Made by a program: the position numbers and the translations under genes. Below are positions 56,667 to 64,000 of a DNA stretch of 64,000 bases, piece by piece. Position 1 is the stretch's first letter. Each line of letters starts with the position of its first letter. The notes under the pieces were generated by a model that did not search any database, was not told where the DNA came from, and saw nothing but the letters and a program-made list of their open reading frames with translations. The stretch is from Verrucomicrobiota bacterium (GTDB lineage Bacteria > Verrucomicrobiota > Verrucomicrobiia > Limisphaerales > SXTU01), in assembly GCA_016235545.1 (NCBI GenBank), contig JACRKB010000073.1, positions 25,015 through 89,014 on the forward strand, read 5' to 3'.

Positions 56667-58862
56667 ATGAAAACCTACCCAAACCGCAACACACGTCTCA
56701 TCTTTCTCGTCTGCGCGACGTTGCTGACCGCCAGCGTTCGAGCACAAGAATCCGCCCCCGACACCGCAACCCCCGTCCAAGCCAAGGACGGAGGTGTCGC
56801 CAGCGACACAGTCTTCGAACTCTCTCCATTCGAGGTGAGCGCCTCGAAAGATAACAAATACATGCCGACCAATGCTGCGAGCGGCACACGTATCGCCCTG
56901 CCGCTCGAGTCCACTCCCCTAGCCATCAGCATCATGACCTCCGAGCTGATGAAGGACAAGGGCATGGAAAACATTAACGAGGCGATCCGCTTCATGCCCG
57001 GCATTCGTCGCAACGCCAACAACTCCGATCAATTCACCATCCGCGGCTTTCAGGCCCGCGCGGCCCGGCGCAATTATTTCTCCGACGCCGCCGACCTCTC
57101 CGAGGGACGCGGACGCAACGTCTCGGCAGAAATCGAACGCATCGAAGTCCTGAAAGGTCCGTCCACCGTCCTCTTCGGCTTCGGCAATCCCGGCGGCGTC
57201 ATCAATATCATCACCAAGAAGCCGCTCAACAAACAGCGCACCTCCGTCACCCTCGAGGCGGGCGACTTCGACCTCTTCCGCGGCACGATCGACGTCACCG
57301 GTCCGCTGGCCAAGCTCGGCGAAGCCCAGCTCCTCTACCGCGTGATCGGCTCCTACGAGGACGCCGGCGGCTTCCGCGACTTCGAAGCGCGCGACCAGCA
57401 ATTCGTCAACGCCCAGTTGCAGCTCAACTTCAAGCGCACCCAGTTGCGCACCGAGGTGCGTTTTCAGGACCTGGAGGAGCACGAGGCCTTCATTCTCATG
57501 CCCTTCGAGCCCAACACCGGCACGCTCGCCTTGCCTGAGCGCTCCTACAACACCGCCGGTCCCGACACCTACGCCAACCAAAAGCAGATCACCACCTCGG
57601 TCGAACTGACCCACACCTTCAACGAGCATTTTTCCATGCGCGCCGCCGCCGCCCGCGACGAGCACTACTACGACGCGGTCCGCCGCGTGGGCGCGCAGAT
57701 TCCCGCCAACCAGGTGCCCCTGTCCATGGCGTCCACCGTGGTCGTCACCGGCAATATCGATGACGATAAGCGCGCCATCGACTCCTGGCAGGTGGATTTC
57801 ACCGGCAGCTTCGACCTGCCGTTCGGCAAGCTAAAGACGGTCGTCGGCGCCAGCAGCACGGATGCCGCCGCCCGCATCGCCACCTTCGTGAACAATAATC
57901 TTCCGCAGAGAAATTTCCCCATCTTCAACATCGCGGCCCGCAACTATAGCGTCGGCAATCTCAGCGATTACGTGCCGCAGTCCGCAGGCACCACCCGCGA
58001 AACGCGACTCGACAAGGTTTACTACGCGCTCGGCACCCTCACCGCCTGGAACGATCGCCTGACGCTGCTCGCCGGCGTCGGCCACGGCACCAGCGAAACC
58101 TATATCAAGCAGGTGCTGGCCACCACCCCCGCCGATGTCGGCGATTTCAAGGTGACCAAGCCGCAATTCGGCGCATCCCTCCGCATCCTCCCCAAGACCT
58201 TCCTATTCGCCAACACTTCCGAGTCGGCCTCCGCCAATCTGCGTTTCCCCGACACTCCCGAAAAGGGCAAGAGCTACGACGTCGGCATTAAAGTCGCCGC
58301 CGAAAAATTCTCCGGTAGCGTCACCTACTTCGACACCACTCGAGAAAACATCCAAGTGCAGGTCTTCAACGGCCTGACCGGCACGACAACATTTGAACTC
58401 TCCGGCGAAGAGCAGGCCAAGGGCGTGGAGGTGGAGTTCCAGTATTTTCCCAGCAATCAGTTCCAACTCGTCGGCTCCTATTCCTACATGGACACCGAGG
58501 TCATCTCCGACAATCAACGCCCCGCCCGCGTCGGCACCGAATTGCCGGACACCCCGCGAAATTCCTACCGTCTGTGGGCGAAATACACCTTGGACAAGGG
58601 TCCGCTCAAACGCGCTTGGATCGGTGTCGGCTACCTCTTCACTGATAAAATGCGTGGCAACCGTAACCCGGCCAATTTCCGCATCTGGACCGACTCTTGG
58701 TCGCGCGTCGACGCCTCCCTCGGCTACGACATGAAGATCGGCAAGACCAACGTAAACTGGGTTCTCACCATGGAGAATCTCGAGGATAAGGACTACATCG
58801 ACTACATGCTCATCCGCGGCCGTCCCTTCAACGCCCGCCTGAGCGCCACCTTCACCTTCTGA
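56667..58862 (+). CDS. TonB-dependent outer-membrane receptor (paralog of 50775-52937)
   Basis: Signal MKTYPNRNTRLIFLVCATLLTASVRAQ. Plug motifs ([52 protein letters not shown]). C-terminal ...RLSATFTF. Confidence 0.9.
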   Translation: MKTYPNRNTRLIFLVCATLLTASVRAQESAPDTATPVQAKDGGVASDTVFELSPFEVSASKDNKYMPTNAASGTRIALPLESTPLAISIMTSELMKDKGMENINEAIRFMPGIRRNANNSDQFTIRGFQARAARRNYFSDAADLSEGRGRNVSAEIERIEVLKGPSTVLFGFGNPGGVINIITKKPLNKQRTSVTLEAGDFDLFRGTIDVTGPLAKLGEAQLLYRVIGSYEDAGGFRDFEARDQQFVNAQLQLNFKRTQLRTEVRFQDLEEHEAFILMPFEPNTGTLALPERSYNTAGPDTYANQKQITTSVELTHTFNEHFSMRAAAARDEHYYDAVRRVGAQIPANQVPLSMASTVVVTGNIDDDKRAIDSWQVDFTGSFDLPFGKLKTVVGASSTDAAARIATFVNNNLPQRNFPIFNIAARNYSVGNLSDYVPQSAGTTRETRLDKVYYALGTLTAWNDRLTLLAGVGHGTSETYIKQVLATTPADVGDFKVTKPQFGASLRILPKTFLFANTSESASANLRFPDTPEKGKSYDVGIKVAAEKFSGSVTYFDTTRENIQVQVFNGLTGTTTFELSGEEQAKGVEVEFQYFPSNQFQLVGSYSYMDTEVISDNQRPARVGTELPDTPRNSYRLWAKYTLDKGPLKRAWIGVGYLFTDKMRGNRNPANFRIWTDSWSRVDASLGYDMKIGKTNVNWVLTMENLEDKDYIDYMLIRGRPFNARLSATFTF

Positions 58863-58878
58863 CGCTCCCCGCTTCTAG

Positions 58879-58917
58879 GCCTGCCGCTGGCGCCACAGTC
58901 GAGCGGCAGGCTTTTTT
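58879..58917 (+). terminator. Rho-independent terminator
   Basis: GCCTGCCGCT-(13 nt loop)-AGCGGCAGGC followed by TTTTTT, beginning 17 nt after the TBDR stop. Confidence 0.8.
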
Positions 58918-58955
58918 GCCCCCATGTTTTTCTGCTGTCCCAAATTGAAAAAACC

Positions 58956-59915
58956 ATGAAGTTGTTTCGCTCTGGCTCACTCGCTCTCCTTTGCTCCGTC
59001 GCGCTGCACGCGTCCGATGCCCCCAGCTCCATCCCGCCGGACCAGCCATCCGCTCAACTCTTTAGCGCGGACGCCTACGCCGCCGTGAAATCGTTCTACG
59101 AATACGACAAGGGGATTCCCCTCGACGCAAAAGTGGTGGATCGAATCGAGACGCCCGCTTTCGTCCGCGAGAAGATCGCCTTTACCGCCCATTCCGGCGA
59201 GCGTATCGCCGGCTGGCTTGCCGTGCCGAAAAATACCGCGATCCCGCCACCGTGCATTCTTGTGCTGCACGGCGTCGGCAGCACCAAGGATTCGTGGTGG
59301 CGGCCCGACAATCCCACCGGTCCGCTCGCCCCCCGCCTGCTCGAGGCCGGCTATGCCGTCTTCATGCTCGATGCGCGTTTCTTCGGCGAACGGAGCTATC
59401 TGGGAGATTTCGCGAATCCTCAGAATCTTGTCGGCAAGAACGGTTGGCTCTTCCGTTTCCGTGACCTGATCGTGCACACCGTGATCGATTACCGCCGCGC
59501 GCTCGACTATCTCGCAATCCGGCCTGAGATCGATCCCAAGCGCCGGATGATTTTCGGCTACAGCATGGGCGGCGTCACGGCGATCAACCTGCTCGCGGTC
59601 GAGCCGCGCCTCGCTGGCGGCGTCATCTGCGTCGCTCCACCCATGCTCGCCGGCCCAGCCACCGGCCCGCTCGCCGCGGCCCGCCAAAGGCTCGCCTCCG
59701 TCGCCCCCGAGAACCACGCCCGCGCGCTCGCAGGCCGGCCCTTGCTGTTCCTCATGGCCGACAAGGACGAATACTACACGCCCGCCGCCGCTGAAGCTAT
59801 GATTGCGTTGATTCCCGGCGACGCCAAGCAGGTGAGGTTTTTCGACAGCGGGCACATGCTGCCGCACACCTACATCGACGAGGTGATCGGTTGGATGAAT
59901 ACCACGGGTTGGTGA
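58956..59915 (+). CDS. Secreted alpha/beta-hydrolase (dienelactone-hydrolase/acetyl-esterase-like)
   Basis: Signal MKLFRSGSLALLCSVALHA. HG oxyanion region ILVLHGVGSTKD, nucleophile elbow GYSMGG, and a late D...GH (FFDSGHM) consistent with a Ser-Asp-His triad. Confidence 0.8.
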   Translation: MKLFRSGSLALLCSVALHASDAPSSIPPDQPSAQLFSADAYAAVKSFYEYDKGIPLDAKVVDRIETPAFVREKIAFTAHSGERIAGWLAVPKNTAIPPPCILVLHGVGSTKDSWWRPDNPTGPLAPRLLEAGYAVFMLDARFFGERSYLGDFANPQNLVGKNGWLFRFRDLIVHTVIDYRRALDYLAIRPEIDPKRRMIFGYSMGGVTAINLLAVEPRLAGGVICVAPPMLAGPATGPLAAARQRLASVAPENHARALAGRPLLFLMADKDEYYTPAAAEAMIALIPGDAKQVRFFDSGHMLPHTYIDEVIGWMNTTGW

Positions 59916-60084
59916 ACTGGGGCATTCTTAGGAAGCTCTACACTAGATGGCTTCTTCTGCCCGCCAAATACGTGTAGAAACACCTTAGGAATTCAGGGTT
60001 GGCAACGGAGAGCCCTGCGCGAATCTTTTGCCATAACCATGAGAGGTGCTGCTCTTTTGGCAAGGGTGCCGGTCAGAACATAAG

Positions 60085-60441
60085 ATGCCCGGCTATATTC
60101 TTCTTTTGCACGCTCGAGGGTCTGCTGCAGATAATTTCGGGACGCAGCTCGATAAGCTCGGCTTTGAAACCCAAGTTGCCCAATCAGCTCAGGAAGCCCT
60201 CGAGATGGCCCAGTTTCAGAAATTCGACGTTTTGATTGCCGACGTCGATGATCCCGAACGTGCTGAGAGAACCTTGTTGGACCGGATCCGCGGTCAACAG
60301 TCCAGCCTGAAGGCAATTGCGCTTTGTGACTTCAGCCGACAAGAGACGCGTATGACGGGATTCGATAAGTATGCTCAGCGAGACTGTTTTGCTTCAGTTA
60401 AAGCGGCTATAGAGGAAATTTTTGAAAGGCGTGCCTATTGA
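60085..60441 (+). CDS. Stand-alone degenerate receiver (REC-like) domain protein
   Basis: 118 aa: MPGYILLLHARGSAADNF...FDVLIADVDDPE...KAIALCDF. It shows the (beta-alpha)5 receiver pattern with the acceptor Asp retained. The N-terminal acidic pair is replaced by H-A and the conserved T/S by Cys. It lies in a region of lower GC. Confidence 0.5.
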   Translation: MPGYILLLHARGSAADNFGTQLDKLGFETQVAQSAQEALEMAQFQKFDVLIADVDDPERAERTLLDRIRGQQSSLKAIALCDFSRQETRMTGFDKYAQRDCFASVKAAIEEIFERRAY

Positions 60442-60539
60442 TCTTTTCTCAAGTAGCGCACGAATTCTAGAATTTGATTTTTCCAACAATTATGGAGAAC
60501 GGGTTATATGCTCCCGGACTTCGAAGCGCGGCGGGGATT

Positions 60540-61212
60540 TTGCTGCCGAGGGCTTGGACGCGCACACGCTGGCCGAGGCGGCCATGGTTGAAAAATGACA
60601 AAGCGTGGATTGAGCAAAAGAAATGGGGCGGTCGTGCGAAAAGCCCTCGGGGAGCAGCGCTTCGAGGGAACCGGGGCAGTGCAATGTCTCGCCCGACTCT
60701 ACACCGCGCTGCGCTACTTCGTGAACTTCTTCCAGACCTCGTTCAAACTTGCTGAGAAAGCGCGCGATGGCTCGACGGTCCATCGTCGCTATCTCGCTCC
60801 CGCGACGCCCTGCGAGCGCCTGTTGGAACACTCGGCAATCCCGACGGCGACAAAGGTCAGATTGCGAGAGGTCGCGGAAATGCTCGATCCGATCCGGCTG
60901 CTCGAAGAGGTGCGCGCTGCTCAAACGCAGTTGGAAACCGTGTCCCGAGGAGGAAGCGTGTCTGCACCTCGAAGTGGCGAACCCGATCTCGTGAGATTCC
61001 TTGCGAATTTATCAATGGCGGTGTGCGACGAAGAGACTTCAGCCACACGTAGTCCTGTCGGGTTGGTCGCGCCAGCAGCCGTAAGCGTTAGCGGGCCGAA
61101 CTTGAAGCCGACAATGACCAACGCGAAGGTTGAGTCGCCTTCGGCAGATCCAGCAGCGTCTACGCCGTCGAAACCGTCTCTTCCGCTACCACCTGAGATC
61201 GTGCGTCGCTAA
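60540..61212 (+). mobile_element. 3' remnant of a DDE (integrase-core/rve-type) transposase gene, frameshifted and 5'-truncated
   Basis: One frame gives ...AWTRTRWPRRPWLKNDKAWIEQK. The next frame continues NGAVVRKALGEQRFEG...LARLYTALRYFVNFFQTSFKL..G..V.RRY..PATPCERLL. Together they reconstruct the 'R.RP...ND.A.vEQKNg.vvR' catalytic-Glu block and the C-terminal tail typical of these transposases. An extra A near 60615 breaks the frame. No N-terminal DD region is present. Confidence 0.65.
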
Positions 61213-61311
61213 CCGAGTTACGTGAGGCAACGCGACCAGACTGTCGTCCCTCCACGCCTCCCTCAGTTTTTTAACTGGCGAACCGAACCAAGTCAGACCG
61301 ACGCCACAGGG

Positions 61312-61359
61312 GGTGGGTCAATTTTATCTGCTCGCCGGTGGGTCAAAATTAACTGCTCG
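61312..61359 (+). repeat. Tandem 25-nt repeats (probable transposase-binding subterminal repeats of the decayed element)
   Basis: GGTGGGTCAATTTTATCTGCTCG (61312-61334) and GGTGGGTCAAAATTAACTGCTCG (61337-61359). A weaker third copy (..TCAGTTTTTTAACTGGCGA..) lies at ~61263-61283. All are just 3' of the transposase remnant. Confidence 0.6.
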
Positions 61360-61439
61360 ATCACACTGGATGACGATGCTCAACCGCGCTGAGCGGGCAT
61401 CCAACGGGGTCAGGCCGGAATGGCGCTAAGTTAGGCATG

Positions 61440-61993
61440 TCATTTCAGGGCGCGGGAGGCGGATATTTTCATCGTAGCGCGTGGCTCCGTGAGCAGTTGG
61501 TAGTTCTTGGCGCGGTGCTTTCGTGCGCGTGGCTCGCTGCGATCGGGAAGGGGGATGACCCGGTCGGCGGCGATGATGCGTAGCAGTTCCTGACGGGCGC
61601 GTTTGAACTCGAACATCCGCGACGCGAACAACGGGCTCCACTGCCGCAGCGTGTCCACCGTGCCCTTGAAGCTCAGGCGCGAGAGTTCGCCGTGGTGCGT
61701 CCAGGCGGCTTCGAGCATGAGCGCGCGGACGAGATTGTAGGCGATGACCTGCAACCAGACTTCCTTCTCGACCAGCTCCGGGCTCCGCAGCGCAGAACGT
61801 CCAGTCCGAGCGTCGTCTTGATGTCGCGGAAGCACAGCTCCACTTCCCAGCGCCGCCGATACAACGCCGCGATCGCCGCGTCCGGATAGAGTTCCTCGTC
61901 GAGCAGCGTGGTGACCAACTCGACTTCCTCGGTGCGGAAGCCCGGTACGCTCACTTTGAAACGCACGATCCGCACCGGCAACTCGCCCGGCAA
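61440..61993 (-). mobile_element. IS4-family transposase gene remnant (C-terminal part, one frameshift, N-terminus missing)
   Basis: LPGELPVRIVRFKV...VELVTTLLDEELYPDAAIAALYRRRWEVELCFRDIKTTLGLDVLRC carries the IS4 Y-(2)-R-(3)-E-(6)-K signature. After a frameshift near 61790 it continues in another frame as RSPELVEKEVWLQVIAYNLVRALMLEAAW.... The first two thirds of a full transposase are absent. Confidence 0.75.
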
Positions 61994-62143
61994 TTACGCC
62001 CACGCCTCCTGGCTCCACGTTGCCGCACGCTCCTTCAGAACGTTCAGACCAGTGTATCCGTCTTTGCCGTCTTCCTGCAAAACCCAGACGGTGCCCTCGA
62101 GCCCGGTTTCGAACCAATCCGTGAGTGTTCCGTAGATTTTCAT
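61994..62143 (-). CDS. Small orphan ORF (49 aa), possibly 3'-truncated by the IS4 remnant
   Basis: [49 protein letters not shown]. Its ATG overlaps the stop of the upstream ORF (ATGA at 62140-62143). The stop is immediately adjacent to where IS4 homology starts. No family was recognised. Confidence 0.3.
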   Translation of the reverse strand: MKIYGTLTDWFETGLEGTVWVLQEDGKDGYTGLNVLKERAATWSQEAWA

Positions 62144-62454
62144 GAGCTCGCTTTTTTCGATTTGCGCGCGCGGAGGGCGGGGAGTTTCGACAAATCTACG
62201 GCGCGAAATCGTCCGTTGCGAAGTTCATCGAAGATTTGCCAATACATTTCGCTGCTGAGCTCGATGGAACGGACGGCGAATAACTGACTCCGTCCCTTTC
62301 TCGGCCACGTCTTCCAAGTATAATAGAAAAACACGACACCGCCTCGCACACAGTAGTCGAGTGCGCGGCCGGGATAGCGTCGGAAATCTGACGCCCGCAC
62401 AAGCCAAGGGACCAGGTGTTTGGGTTTCGTGTGTCGAGAGGCTAAATTTTTCAT
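62140..62454 (-). CDS. Small orphan ORF (104 aa), basic protein of unknown function
   Basis: ORF-track entry in ~50% GC DNA. Its end is translationally coupled to the downstream small ORF. No recognisable motif. Confidence 0.35.
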   Translation of the reverse strand: MKNLASRHTKPKHLVPWLVRASDFRRYPGRALDYCVRGGVVFFYYTWKTWPRKGRSQLFAVRSIELSSEMYWQIFDELRNGRFRAVDLSKLPALRARKSKKASS

Positions 62455-62519
62455 GTCGAGTGACGGAGTCGATGTCGCGGCTTAGACTTGGAAAATCTGG
62501 TTTTGCAGCCGAAATGCTT

Positions 62520-62973
62520 TCACCGGCTCGATGTCGCTCGACTGGGATCGGATTTCGTCAGCTTGCCTATCGCTCGCAGAATTCGTTGTTGGCGACGCCT
62601 CCTGCGTTTGAGGTCTGCCAAAATTCGTGCCGCAGACCGATCGCTGCGCGGAAACAACCACGAGTCGCTCGTGTGTTTGCGCCAGCGCCGGCCCCGTTGG
62701 CTAAGAACGTGCTCACGGTAACGGGCGCGATTTTCATGTGCCGCGGCGTGGCCGAGTAGTTTCAGTTCGCGAGCAGATTTCAAAGCGAGATCGAATCGCG
62801 TGCTCGGAACCGCGAATATACTCCCATATGGCGATTGGGATGCGGATCGTTGCTCCTCGTTCGCTCACCTCGAAGCGGTCACTTTCGATCCTTAGCCACA
62901 CGGCGTCTTCGTCCCACGCGTCCGCATAAAGGTGGAATTTTTGTCCGCTCGCGAGAGTGGCCTTGGTTGACAT
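62520..62973 (-). pseudogene. Possible frameshifted hypothetical gene (two overlapping small ORFs)
   Basis: MSTKATLASGQKFHLYADAWDEDAVWLRIESDRFEVSERGATIRIPIAIWEYIRGSEH... (start 62973) overlaps a second frame (..ELKLLGHAAAHENRARYREHVLSQ...RILADLKRRRRRQQRILRAIGKL, to 62520). The two look like halves of one small protein family I recall only vaguely. Confidence 0.25.
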
Positions 62974-63307
62974 GAAGGAGATGCGTTCGCCGGCAGTTCG
63001 GAGCGCGAAACGATTCGTTCCGTCGGTTCCAGCCGCTGATCCCGGATGCAAACGCCTCCTGCCTTCGTATGAACGAAGAATTCTACCGCGGATGAGGTAG
63101 CACGCGCGGGTATGTTGCGCGCCGAGTTGACCGAGAAAAGCTGCGGGGAGCGCGCGATCCCCGGGCGAGCGATGCTTCGCACCGCTCGCCCGGCTACGTT
63201 TCGGATGGAATCCGGCGTTCGGGTTCCGCGAGGCGTTCACCATTAAGCCCGGTGCGGTGTACCTCCCATCCAATCGATTCACAGGTAGGGAGGCGCGCGG
63301 AGGCGTT

Positions 63308-63937
63308 ATGAACTACACTTTTGCGATCTGCTCTCACGAGACGCTCTTGCGGCAAGCGTTGGTGAGTTGCTTGGAGCGCGATGCCCGAGCCCGATGCGTT
63401 GCGGAGTTTTCCTCGAGCGTGGATCTTGATCGGACTCCGGTGGGCACGGATTTGCTGCTGTTAGATGTCGACGGCCCCGAAGAATTGTTTCCTCGCAAAT
63501 TGCAGACGATCCTCGGTTCCCGTCGACCCCGATGTGTGCTGTTGCTGACGGGCGCGACGGGAGGCTATGCCGCTCACTTGGCTTGGATGAACAGTTGCCA
63601 CGGTCTGTTGCACAAGTCCGATACGTTCTCGGCGGTGCGTGATGCGATCGACCGAGTTCTCGAAGGCGGCGTTTCGCTGAGTCCGAACGCGGAGGTTTCC
63701 GAGAGAATGGATTTCTCCCGCGTGCTCTCCGAACAGGAAATCGAGCTGTTGCGTGAGATGGCGCGTGATGAGGATCTGAAGCTCTTCGCACGCCGCGTGG
63801 GGCTGTCCCCAGCGACTGTGCGAACTCACCGAAGAAATATCTTCCGCAAATTGAATCTTCGAACCCAGGCGGGCGTGGTGCGCTTGGCGCTGCGCTCCGG
63901 CCTCCTGTCGCTCCATGCATTCATCGGACATCAGTGA
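63308..63937 (+). CDS. LuxR-type regulator with an atypical receiver domain
   Basis: C-terminal LuxR HTH (LSEQEIELLREMARDEDLKLFARRVGLSPATVRTHRRNIFRKLN). The N-terminal REC-like domain retains the acceptor Asp (LLLLDVDG), T (LLLTG) and K (LLHKS), but the acidic pair is replaced by S-H (FAICSHE). ATG 63308 is preceded by GGAGG. Confidence 0.8.
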   Translation: MNYTFAICSHETLLRQALVSCLERDARARCVAEFSSSVDLDRTPVGTDLLLLDVDGPEELFPRKLQTILGSRRPRCVLLLTGATGGYAAHLAWMNSCHGLLHKSDTFSAVRDAIDRVLEGGVSLSPNAEVSERMDFSRVLSEQEIELLREMARDEDLKLFARRVGLSPATVRTHRRNIFRKLNLRTQAGVVRLALRSGLLSLHAFIGHQ

Positions 63938-64000
63938 TTGGCAATGGCGCGACGCGCCCTCGCCGGCGGTCCGCTTCGCGTCCCGCCGGCGTCTCTGATC

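Noticed and set aside
50775-58862. Lower GC of the TBDR genes (about 52-62% in sampled lines) as evidence of horizontal acquisition of the second glycan locus
   Set aside because: The neighbouring esterase and sulfatase genes in the same locus have host-like high GC, and the TBDR at 16192-18354 shows the same dip. The effect is better explained by the N/Y/K/T/F-rich composition of beta-barrel proteins.
62095-62125. GGTTCGAAACC-like sequence (minus strand) resembling a tRNA T-arm next to the IS remnants
   Set aside because: The flanking bases do not form a 5-bp T-stem (only 2 G-C plus G-U/mismatch pairs). No acceptor stem, anticodon arm or CCA context can be built. The sequence lies inside the small ORF 61994-62143.
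1-64000. Search for CRISPR arrays, rRNA, tRNA, tmRNA and riboswitch-like leaders
   Set aside because: No regularly spaced direct repeats with unique spacers, no rRNA-like conserved blocks and no cloverleaf-compatible sequences were seen by eye. A proper Infernal/tRNAscan/CRISPR-finder run would be needed to be definitive.

Overview
This is a high-GC (roughly 65-70% by eye) bacterial chromosomal segment with dense coding and many 4-nt ATGA start/stop overlaps. The gene content suggests a Verrucomicrobia/Opitutaceae-like glycan degrader: five TonB-dependent receptors without SusD partners, two Cys-type sulfatases plus an anaerobic sulfatase-maturating enzyme, GH16 and GH1 enzymes, three paralogous LacI regulators, and a TPR/multiheme protein. 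That taxonomic call is an inference only.

Layout:
- 1-4.9 kb: HlyD / RbbA-like / ABC-2 efflux operon.
- 4.9-5.4 kb: junction of decayed gene remnants.
- 5.4-15.7 kb: GH16 with duplicated C-terminal modules, a LacI regulator, a frameshifted TonB-dependent receptor (TBDR), and an SGNH-MFS-FAD oxidoreductase operon.
- 16.2-30.6 kb: sulfatase / GPH symporter / GH1 / SulP / anSME locus flanked by TBDRs. A 16-bp palindrome is shared by its two divergent promoters.
- 30.8-46.1 kb: a signalling block. It holds a LuxR response regulator, an octaheme-cytochrome-TPR + TPR-kinase operon, a porin + mini-PBP + MCP operon, and a TolC + PBP + kinase + hybrid kinase operon bracketed by REP-like palindromic elements.
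- 46.6-59.9 kb: a second glycan-utilisation locus (SSS transporter, LacI, mutarotase-like protein, two paralogous TBDRs, carboxylesterase, sulfatase, alpha/beta hydrolase).
- 59.95-63.3 kb: a lower-GC islet with nested IS remnants and small orphan ORFs.

I found no rRNA, tRNA or CRISPR array. Most long ORFs antisense to the called genes are high-GC shadow ORFs. Family assignments come from motifs read by eye. No database search was possible.
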